Assembly (NCBI RefSeq): GCF_000016745.1
Contig: NC_009483.1
Span: 4,200,001-4,232,000 of the forward strand
Origin: Geotalea uraniireducens Rf4
GTDB lineage: Bacteria > Desulfobacterota > Desulfuromonadia > Geobacterales > Geobacteraceae
Direction: 5' to 3'
DNA: 32,000 nucleotides
In this document: positions 15,623-23,161 of the stretch, one piece after another
Position numbering within the stretch: the first letter of the stretch is position 1
Layout: each line of letters opens with the position of its first letter
The notes under the pieces: generated by a model
What the model saw: the letters and a program-made list of their open reading frames with translations, nothing else
What the model was told of the DNA's origin: nothing
Databases searched by the model: none
Position numbers and translations under genes: made by a program

Positions 15623-16225
15623 ATGCACGGACCTGGACAAAAATATCTGCTTTCTGCGATTGCCGGTTTGGTAATCCTGCTCGGCAGCCATGTCGGCTTT
15701 TGCGCGGATGCAGCCGCCTTTAAGACCGCCACGGCCGAATATACCTTCCTCTCCGGCTACGGCATCACCCATCGCGGCTTCGGCGCGACCCGCACCCAGG
15801 TGCAGACCTTCGACAACATCGCCAGATTCGGCTGGTTCCTCTCGGATGAGGCCGGCAGCGGATGGTATCGGGGGAGGCATGAACTGCTGATGGAATTGCC
15901 GTTGCATCTGGCGGTCGACCCGAAGGTGCGGACCATGACGGGGGGATACCTGTTGGGGAGTTGGAAGTTCACGTCACCGGAGGACTTTGTGCCGTATGTC
16001 CTGGCAGGCGGCGGCGTGCTCTTCGTGGATCTCGGCCTGCCTACCATGGGGAGCCGCCTCGACTTCTCCTACCAAGGGGGAACCGGCATCCAGTATTTCA
16101 TTGCCAAAGACACGGCGCTCAGCTTTGAATACCGCTACCACCATATCTCCAACGCAGGCACCGCCTCGCCCAATGAGCCGCTCAACTCCAGCAAGATCCT
16201 GCTGGGCATCACCATCTTCCGTTAA
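15623..16225 (+). CDS. PagL-like acyloxyacyl hydrolase / lipid A deacylase-type outer-membrane beta-barrel protein
   Basis: Signal peptide, alternating beta-strand pattern, and C-terminal YRYHHISNAG...PNEPLNS resembling the PagL His/Ser active-site region. Confidence 0.65.
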   Translation: MHGPGQKYLLSAIAGLVILLGSHVGFCADAAAFKTATAEYTFLSGYGITHRGFGATRTQVQTFDNIARFGWFLSDEAGSGWYRGRHELLMELPLHLAVDPKVRTMTGGYLLGSWKFTSPEDFVPYVLAGGGVLFVDLGLPTMGSRLDFSYQGGTGIQYFIAKDTALSFEYRYHHISNAGTASPNEPLNSSKILLGITIFR

Positions 16226-16232
16226 CGACATA

Positions 16233-18764
16233 TCAAGCGCGTAGTTTAAGACAGATCACCGCCGGTAGCGTGACCAGGGCGAATAAGGCGGTGGCGGCAA
16301 CGCCGTAATTGGTCGCCCAGCCGATGGAGGACATGGCGCCGTAGTCGGTGAACGCCAGCGAGCCGAAACCGGCAATGGTCGTCAATGCCGACAGGAGTAT
16401 GGCCCGTCCCGACTGGACGAACTGGTCCCGGCGCTCGTCAGCACCGGCCGCGGTCACCCGGTGAACGATATGCATGCCATAATCGCTCCCCATGCCGAGG
16501 ATGGTGACCAGCACCATGGCGTTCATGAAATTGAGCCGCATGCCGGTCAGAACCATCAGCCCGAGCATGGCGATTACCCCTCCCACCACGGGAAAGAGCG
16601 CATACCAGATGTCCCGCAAGGTTGAGAAATGGGAGAGAAGCAGAAAGAGCACCATCGCCCCACCCAGCACGAACCCCCAGAAGAAACTCTTCTTTACAGC
16701 ACTGCTCAGCTGGCCGCTGACCAGATCTGCGCTGGTCGCCCGCGCAGCCAAGTCAATGGCCGCCAGTTCCCGGAGAAAGGATTGCTGGGGGAATTCCGCG
16801 CCGCGGTAATTGATGAAGACGAGCAGGTGGTAGCCGCCGCTGTCCCTGACCAGGTGCCGATCCGACACCCCGCGTAACGGCGAACGGCCAAGGCGCTCGA
16901 TTCCTGCCGCCATGTCCACCGGTTGGGCCAGCAGCAGACCGGCAAGGCCGGCAAGGAAAGGCTCAAAGGCCTCCGGAGCAAAGCCGTTTTCCCGCAGGGC
17001 GCCCTGCACCGCCTGAGCCGGCTGCTGCGCCGCCAGGGCTCGATTCAGGGAGGTCAAGACCTCCCCCTGCGTTGTCCGGTCATTGAGCACCTGGCCGAGC
17101 GACGACCAGGAGACGATCTCACCGCGCCGCTGGTAACCCGCCAGCAGTTTTTCCACCCGCCCACCCTGCTCCATCACCTCCACCGGCGAACGCCCTGTCA
17201 GCGCCACCAGCATCTGTTTCGGGCTCAGGCTCAGGTGCTTCTCGATCTTCTCCTGGGTCAGGAACGCCTCAGAATGGCGCGGCTGGAGATTTTTCAACTC
17301 CCCTTCAAAGCCGATGAAGCATGCCGCGATCAAGAGCAGGCAGATCAGCAGCACCGATGCCGCCACCAGCCTGCGCGAGCGCTGCACGCAGGTTTCCCAG
17401 ACCCAGCCGAGGCCGAATCGCGGCAGAGGGCGATAGGATGCGGCGGGGAAGCGCTGTTCGGCGAACAGCAGGAGCGGCGGCAGGAAAAAGAAGGTGGCAT
17501 AGAGAGAAAAGATCACCCCGAGACCTACCAGCAACCCCAGTTCGAACAGGGCGCGCACATCCGAAACAGTGAGCGCCAGGAACGGCAAGGCGGTGGTGGT
17601 CGCGGCGGTAAAGACGCCATGGCCGGTCTCGACCATCGCCAGCCGCAGGGCCTCGCCGGTTTCCCGGCCGGCGCTCCGCTCCGTATAAAAACGGTCATAG
17701 AGATGGATGGAGTAATCGGTGCCCAGGCCGATGATCAACGCGGTAAAGGCGAAGGATATGATGCTGATGGAGGAGAGAAACAGCCCGGCGCTGCCAAGGG
17801 CCAGCACGACCCCGTAAAAGAGGATCAGCGGGATCAGGAGAGTGGGGAGGACCCGGCGATAGGTAAGGTAGAACAACCCCAGCACGACGAACAGGGAAGA
17901 GACCACGCAGGCGATGATGTTCTGCTTCATCACCTGTTCGTCGATCACCGCGCTCAGATGGGCGCCGGCGCAGGAAACCTTCACCCGCGCCCCGCGGCGG
18001 ATCTCATTGATGCCGGCGACGAGTTTTCTGGCAAAGGCCATGTTCTGCACCGGCTGGGCCGGTTCGGCGATCATGATCAGCACCCGGCCGTCGCGGGAGA
18101 GGAAGTAGGGTGAAGAGGGATCAAGGGCCAGGGCCTGGCTCCCCTTTTTCAGGCGCGGCAGGATAAACTCCCGCAGGTAGAGCGGATCGGCGGCAATTAT
18201 ATCACGCATTCCCATCCCCGCCTGGCTGGCCAGTTCGGTCCTGGCCCGTGCCAGCGCCCGGTCGAGAGCCGGCCTCTCAAAGCGCGCTGCATAGTCGCCG
18301 GCAGCCGCCGGATCGAGGAAGAGTTGCGGGTTGCCTACCGCATAGCCGATGAATTCGGCGAAGGAGGCGGCCTCAGACGTGTCGTAGACCCGGTAATTCA
18401 CCTTGCGGAATGCGTTTCTGCCATCAACCTGCAGCGCCCTGAGCCTGGTAGCCAGGTTTTCCGCCTCGCCTGGCAAAAGCGCCGGCTCCCCCTCCAGCAG
18501 GAAATAGACCTCTTTGGCGCTGCCGGTCCATTCCAGCGAATCGAGGAACAGCCTGAGCGGCCCTTGCTGCGCCGGAAACAGCTTGAAGATGTCCGCTTCG
18601 AAACGGGTGGTGGCGATGACAGCGATGGCCGGAATCAGCAGAAAGAGCGCGACGCCGACCACCCGCCGGGGGTAAGCGGAGGTGATACGGTAAATCCACT
18701 GGAGATGCCGGTTGACGAGCAGCTGGAAGGCGCGGGTTATGTTATGGAAGATGGCATGTGACAT
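16233..18764 (-). CDS. MMPL/RND-superfamily exporter (about 12 TM, two large periplasmic loops)
   Basis: Two homologous membrane bundles with GLGTDYSIHLYDRF and GMGSDYGMHIVHRV motifs. 843 aa. Starts 17 nt downstream of the LolA-like gene. Confidence 0.85.
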   Translation of the reverse strand: MSHAIFHNITRAFQLLVNRHLQWIYRITSAYPRRVVGVALFLLIPAIAVIATTRFEADIFKLFPAQQGPLRLFLDSLEWTGSAKEVYFLLEGEPALLPGEAENLATRLRALQVDGRNAFRKVNYRVYDTSEAASFAEFIGYAVGNPQLFLDPAAAGDYAARFERPALDRALARARTELASQAGMGMRDIIAADPLYLREFILPRLKKGSQALALDPSSPYFLSRDGRVLIMIAEPAQPVQNMAFARKLVAGINEIRRGARVKVSCAGAHLSAVIDEQVMKQNIIACVVSSLFVVLGLFYLTYRRVLPTLLIPLILFYGVVLALGSAGLFLSSISIISFAFTALIIGLGTDYSIHLYDRFYTERSAGRETGEALRLAMVETGHGVFTAATTTALPFLALTVSDVRALFELGLLVGLGVIFSLYATFFFLPPLLLFAEQRFPAASYRPLPRFGLGWVWETCVQRSRRLVAASVLLICLLLIAACFIGFEGELKNLQPRHSEAFLTQEKIEKHLSLSPKQMLVALTGRSPVEVMEQGGRVEKLLAGYQRRGEIVSWSSLGQVLNDRTTQGEVLTSLNRALAAQQPAQAVQGALRENGFAPEAFEPFLAGLAGLLLAQPVDMAAGIERLGRSPLRGVSDRHLVRDSGGYHLLVFINYRGAEFPQQSFLRELAAIDLAARATSADLVSGQLSSAVKKSFFWGFVLGGAMVLFLLLSHFSTLRDIWYALFPVVGGVIAMLGLMVLTGMRLNFMNAMVLVTILGMGSDYGMHIVHRVTAAGADERRDQFVQSGRAILLSALTTIAGFGSLAFTDYGAMSSIGWATNYGVAATALFALVTLPAVICLKLRA

Positions 18765-18781
18765 GATAGTGTTCGCCGGGT

Positions 18782-19390
18782 CTACTCCAGCAGGAAATCC
18801 TTATCCTTCAGCCCCGCGTTGCGGCGCATGTTGGCAAACCTGATGACGGTACGGTCACGGTTGCGCTCCTCGATGACGAGCCGCTTGATCTTCCCTTCGC
18901 CGTCAAAGCTGATCTGCAGCTCCTTTATCCCCCCCTTGCTCTTGGGAAAGACCTGCATGGTCCAGTTGCCGCCCTGGCGCTCCGCCCGCACATCAGCCCC
19001 CTCGGGCAGGGCGGTAAGCGGCTTGGCCAGGTAAGAGAACCATTTTTCCAGGCTCTCCTCCGGCGGCAGCACGATCCGGTCGGTCACCCCCTGCTCCGGC
19101 AGCCGGATCGTCAGCACATTGTCCCGCAGGAGCAGGCGGCTCGCATAGGGAGGAAAGAGCTCCATAAAGAACATGCCCGGCTTTTTGAAGCGGACCACCC
19201 CCTTGGAGACCATCTTCCGTTTCATCAGGGCCAGCTGCTTTTCCTGGACAATTTCTGCGGTAAAGTCGGACATGCCGGCAAACCCGTGCCGCAGCGTCTC
19301 CAGCGCCTCCAGCGCCTTATCCTGGGCAGCGTGGGCAGAAGGAGCGAGACAGGTAAAAATTATCAGTACTACCAGCAACACCTTTTTCAT
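18782..19390 (-). CDS. LolA-like outer-membrane lipoprotein carrier family protein
   Basis: Signal peptide MKKVLLVVLIIFTCLAPSAHA. LolA-type pattern F.AEIVQEK......VSKGVVRFKKPGMFFMELFPPYASRLLLRDNVLTIRLP. Confidence 0.8.
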   Translation of the reverse strand: MKKVLLVVLIIFTCLAPSAHAAQDKALEALETLRHGFAGMSDFTAEIVQEKQLALMKRKMVSKGVVRFKKPGMFFMELFPPYASRLLLRDNVLTIRLPEQGVTDRIVLPPEESLEKWFSYLAKPLTALPEGADVRAERQGGNWTMQVFPKSKGGIKELQISFDGEGKIKRLVIEERNRDRTVIRFANMRRNAGLKDKDFLLE

Positions 19391-19464
19391 GGGCTTCCCG
19401 TAAAAGTCAGATAAGAAAACATTTCTACAACCGGCAATAAAGCAATCCTGTCCCTGTCATCCAG

Positions 19465-19487
19465 TGAAAAAGCCCTTGCAAAAGGGG
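19465..19487 (-). terminator. Weak intrinsic terminator candidate after the last island gene
   Basis: On the minus strand: CCCTT-ttgc-AAGGG followed by CTTTTTC. The stem is only 5 bp. Confidence 0.25.
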
Positions 19488-19566
19488 GGGAGACCATATA
19501 CGGACAACGCTGAGTTTGTCTTTCCTTTTGTTGAGACCATTCCGGCACCATCAACGAATTGATCAA

Positions 19567-20610
19567 CTATTCCTTGACGGTGTTGTCTTCTTCGCTACTA
19601 TCCGAAAACTCCGCCTCTAACTCCTCAATGGTTGGCAGGCTCCCTTTCAGGTTTTCCGGAATAGCGGCCACCAATTGATATTCGGATACACCCACCGGCT
19701 TTAAAATGTCTTTCAGTGCATACTCTGCAATTAATCCCTTTCGATCTTTGCAGAGAATCAGACCAATTGACGGATTATCGCTTTCATGCCGCATGGTGGC
19801 ATCCACAGCCGAGAGATAAAAATTGAGTTTCCCGGCATATTCCGGTTTAAAGGAGGTCGCCTTCAGTTCGATCACCACATAGCAGCGGAGTTTCAGGTGA
19901 TAGAACAGCAGGTCTATGAAAAAATCTTCTCCCTCCACTTCCAGGTGTACCTGCCGCCCAACAAAGGAGAAACCGGTCCCAAGCTCCAGTAAAAAACTGG
20001 TAATGTGCTTCACCAGTTCGCGCTCAACTTCACGTTCCTGGGCCTCATTGCCAAGTCCCAGAAAGTCGAACAGATATGGGTCTTTCAAAGTCTGATGCGC
20101 CAGATCGGATTGAGACGGAGTTAGAGTAGCGGCAAAGTTGCTGACAGCTTTTCCTTGTCGATGAAAGAGGCGAGACTCAATCTGCATTACCAGAATGTCG
20201 CGCGACCAGCCATGTTCGAATGCCTTGTGGATGTACCATTCCCGCTCTTCCGGTAATTTGACCTTCTGAATGAGGCGGACAATATGACCCCAGGGCAATT
20301 GTGAAACAAGCTGTTTCACTTTTTCCTCATCCGTGTACGCCTCGGCAAAAGCTCGCATAAACAGGAGGTTCCTGGGAGAAAACCCCTTCATATCCGGAAA
20401 CTCGGCACGTAAATCCCTTGCCAGTCGCTCTGTAACCTTGGCGCCCCATCCTTCTCGCTCCTGCCGTTCGAGGATGTCACGGCCGATCTGCCAGTAGAGC
20501 AGTACCAGTTCGTGGGTAACCGCCAGCGCCGCCCGCGTCCTGGCGGTGCGTATGCGCGCCTTCAGGTCGTGTAGAAAATGGTTGTAAGCGGTGGTGTCAA
20601 GGGTGGTCAT
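19567..20610 (-). CDS. DUF1016/YhcG-family PD-(D/E)xK nuclease domain protein
   Basis: ATG 20610 is preferred (GGAGA 5 nt upstream); the ORF track uses TTG 20622. N-terminal YhcG-like region (LLYWQIGRDILERQEREGWGAKV...LPWGH). C-terminal FIDLLFYHLKLRCYVVIELK nuclease motif. Confidence 0.85.
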   Translation of the reverse strand: MTTLDTTAYNHFLHDLKARIRTARTRAALAVTHELVLLYWQIGRDILERQEREGWGAKVTERLARDLRAEFPDMKGFSPRNLLFMRAFAEAYTDEEKVKQLVSQLPWGHIVRLIQKVKLPEEREWYIHKAFEHGWSRDILVMQIESRLFHRQGKAVSNFAATLTPSQSDLAHQTLKDPYLFDFLGLGNEAQEREVERELVKHITSFLLELGTGFSFVGRQVHLEVEGEDFFIDLLFYHLKLRCYVVIELKATSFKPEYAGKLNFYLSAVDATMRHESDNPSIGLILCKDRKGLIAEYALKDILKPVGVSEYQLVAAIPENLKGSLPTIEELEAEFSDSSEEDNTVKE

Positions 20611-20625
20611 GTTTTTCTCCAAAAC

Positions 20626-21618
20626 TCAATCATTCTTCCGATTGATCAGATTGACAATCACCTTAGCGATGGTCTCCTTCTCTTCCGGCCGACTTTCGGC
20701 AATGAGCAGGGTCAGCGCCACCAGAGCGTTGTCGGCCAGCCGCTTGCTGCCGTCGGGGCGGTAGAGGATGCCGTTCATGCCGAGGAAATAGATAAACAGG
20801 GCAGCGGCGATCCGTTTGTTGCCGTCACTGAAGGCGTGGTTTTTGACGACGAAGTAGAGGAGGTTGGCCCCCTTTTCCTCTACGCTGGGGTACAACTCCT
20901 CGCCGCCGAAGGTTTGGTAGATGGCCCCCAAGGCGCTCTTGAAACCCTGGTCCTTCTCGATACCGAACAGACCGTCGAAATCTCCCTTCATGGAGATAAC
21001 AATACCTATGGCTTCGTCATAGTCGATGACGTGCAGCGCCTGCCGGGTAGTCTCCTCGATGGACAGAGTGCCGTGGTCGTAGCGATCCAGGAGGGTCAGG
21101 GCATAAGCGTAATCGGTGATGACCCGCAGCACGTCCTTGCCGGTTTCATTGACCAGTTCCTGGTTGGCCAGGGTGCGGGCCAGCAGTTCCACGGTCCGGC
21201 GCATATCGGTCAGCTTTTCGGCCTGCTCACGGAAGCGCTGTTCGTTAACGGTGTAGCCTTTGACGATGTGGTCGCGCAGGACATGCGTAGCCCACTGGCG
21301 GAAGCGGGTGCCTTGCTGCGACTTGACCCGATAGCCGACGGAAATGATGACATCCAAATTGTAGTGGGCGGTATCATAGGTTTTTCCATCAGCGGCAGTT
21401 ATCCGGAATTTCCGGATAACTGAAGATTCATCCAACTCACCCTCGCGGAAAATATTCCTGATGTGTTCGTTGATTGTTCTAACATCCTTATTGAAAAGCT
21501 CGGCCAGTTGCTTTTGGGTCAGCCAGACGGTCTCTTTTTCGAGATGCACCGCAAGCGAGGTTGCCCCATCCGGGGTCTGGTACAGGACGACAGCATTGTC
21601 AGTAATGGTCATACTCAT
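20626..21618 (-). CDS. RhuM-family N-terminal domain fused to a Fic/Doc-type domain
   Basis: RhuM-like region: VVLYQTPDG...VWLTQKQLAELF...TINEHIRNIF...HYNLDVIISVGYRVKSQQGTRFRQWAT. The C-terminal core motif HAFSDGNKRIAAA has Lys at the Doc-type position (HxFxDGNKR). Confidence 0.85.
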   Translation of the reverse strand: MSMTITDNAVVLYQTPDGATSLAVHLEKETVWLTQKQLAELFNKDVRTINEHIRNIFREGELDESSVIRKFRITAADGKTYDTAHYNLDVIISVGYRVKSQQGTRFRQWATHVLRDHIVKGYTVNEQRFREQAEKLTDMRRTVELLARTLANQELVNETGKDVLRVITDYAYALTLLDRYDHGTLSIEETTRQALHVIDYDEAIGIVISMKGDFDGLFGIEKDQGFKSALGAIYQTFGGEELYPSVEEKGANLLYFVVKNHAFSDGNKRIAAALFIYFLGMNGILYRPDGSKRLADNALVALTLLIAESRPEEKETIAKVIVNLINRKND

Positions 21619-21683
21619 GCCTCAATAAAATCTAGTGAAAATTGCAATATGCATTTTTTGCAAATTGCTTTTTCGTTGGACTA

Positions 21684-23132
21684 CTACCCTTCTGCAAATG
21701 CATCACGCAAGTGATTTTTGCCGTCGGCGGCAGCTGTTTCCAAAAAGGAAATAGCTGCCTGCTCGTCCTGCTCAATGGCAATTTCCACGGCACGCTTGGC
21801 GGTTTCGAGTAAAGCGGTGGATTGCTTTTTGAGCGCAAGAGAGGAAATAATCTTCTCTCGGATTTTCAACTGGGTGTCTTTGGCTACAAAAGGGATAAGG
21901 ACTTGGGCAACATCTTTCGGGTATAGGTGCGGCTGTGCCGAACCGGTTCTCATTTTCTCGGTTTGAAGACGACCAATAAATGAGTTAATTACAAACGCGA
22001 CATACACGGGGTCTTCAATAACCCGAAGAATGATAATATCTTGGCATGCGACCGCCTTTTTCTCAGAAAGATAAGGCTGAGCTCTCCCGATATTTGCACC
22101 TGTCCCATAGATGAGAATATCGTTCTCTGCAACAAAAGATGTTTCCTCTGTTGAGAAGTGCTTTATATTGGTTTTGTCGAAGTTGTCGTAATTCAGTCCA
22201 GCTTCAAGGATATGTTTCTGGGTAATCATATCGACGGTTCCGGTCTCGTCATAAATTGCAGCCATCCCGCGTGAATTATAGGTTTGAATCTCCTCAACCC
22301 GCTTGAAATACTCACCATTGCTCTTGATGAGTTCTTCTATTTCGTCAAACATCGGCTGGTAATACTCCGCATCCATACGACCAGATGCGACGAAAGACTC
22401 CTTGAACGATTTGATGTTGGTGTTTTTGGTGGTGGGGGTGTAGGTGGCGAGGTTTAGTGCGTTGAGCAACAGGGTTTCGGCATTTTTATAGGAAGCTATT
22501 CCTTTGGATGAAACTTCGACCGAGTTCTGATGCAATTCAACAATTCTATTCTGAAATTCCTGCCCGAATAGTGGGATGAAAACGTCTCTTATATCTTCCA
22601 AGTGAAGATCGGGTTGACTTGCACCTTTTTGCACGCGCAGCAATTGTGTTTGACCACTTTCACTATTGATAAATGTTGCCAAAACTTCCGGCGCAATTAA
22701 TTCGGTTCTTGGTCGAAGTAATGCGACGCTCACAAAAATACTGAAGACTGGCAAACCTTCTGGAACTACAGCAGCCCATCGCGGGCCAACACCAACTTTA
22801 CGAAGCAATACATCCCCAGGCTGGGGATCACATCTTCGATAAAGATTATCGTGTTCTTCAGAACTGATGAATCGGTGCCCAGCTTCAAGGCTTAGCGAAT
22901 TTTCCAATACATTCAGCGCGGAAAGAAATGGGACGCCATTTTCTGTATAACTCGGCGTGAAGTGTGTTCCGTCAGAAATCTTATTCGTAAGAGTAGAAAG
23001 AAGCACAGGACTTTTACTCTTTAATAAATTTTCCAAAGAAAGATATTTTTTCTGGTAATACTCAGCTTCCATGCGAACAGGCTTGTGAAGCGATGAAAAT
23101 AATATCTCGCTAATCTCAAGCCCTTCCAACAA
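21684..23132 (-). CDS. hsdS: Restriction-modification specificity subunit with two target-recognition domains
   Basis: Internal duplication RMEAEYYQKKY / RMDAEYYQPMF and KGASQPDLHLEDIRDVFIPLF / TGSAQPHLYPKDVAQVLIPFV. Starts about 30 nt after the methyltransferase stop. The start is uncertain: it is a TTG and the frame stays open upstream without ATG, GTG or TTG. Confidence 0.85.
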   Translation of the reverse strand: MLEGLEISEILFSSLHKPVRMEAEYYQKKYLSLENLLKSKSPVLLSTLTNKISDGTHFTPSYTENGVPFLSALNVLENSLSLEAGHRFISSEEHDNLYRRCDPQPGDVLLRKVGVGPRWAAVVPEGLPVFSIFVSVALLRPRTELIAPEVLATFINSESGQTQLLRVQKGASQPDLHLEDIRDVFIPLFGQEFQNRIVELHQNSVEVSSKGIASYKNAETLLLNALNLATYTPTTKNTNIKSFKESFVASGRMDAEYYQPMFDEIEELIKSNGEYFKRVEEIQTYNSRGMAAIYDETGTVDMITQKHILEAGLNYDNFDKTNIKHFSTEETSFVAENDILIYGTGANIGRAQPYLSEKKAVACQDIIILRVIEDPVYVAFVINSFIGRLQTEKMRTGSAQPHLYPKDVAQVLIPFVAKDTQLKIREKIISSLALKKQSTALLETAKRAVEIAIEQDEQAAISFLETAAADGKNHLRDAFAEG

Positions 23133-23161
23133 CGCCCGATAACGGGCTTCATCGAAAGGGC

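Noticed and set aside
14005-18764. Hopanoid genes: HpnJ-type B12 radical SAM and HpnN-type RND transporter.
   Set aside because: There are no squalene-hopene cyclase, hpnH, hpnI or hpnK neighbours, and the N-terminus of the rSAM does not resemble the HpnJ sequences I recall. The linkage to LolA-like and KS genes fits an APE-like exporter better. This is not excluded without a search.
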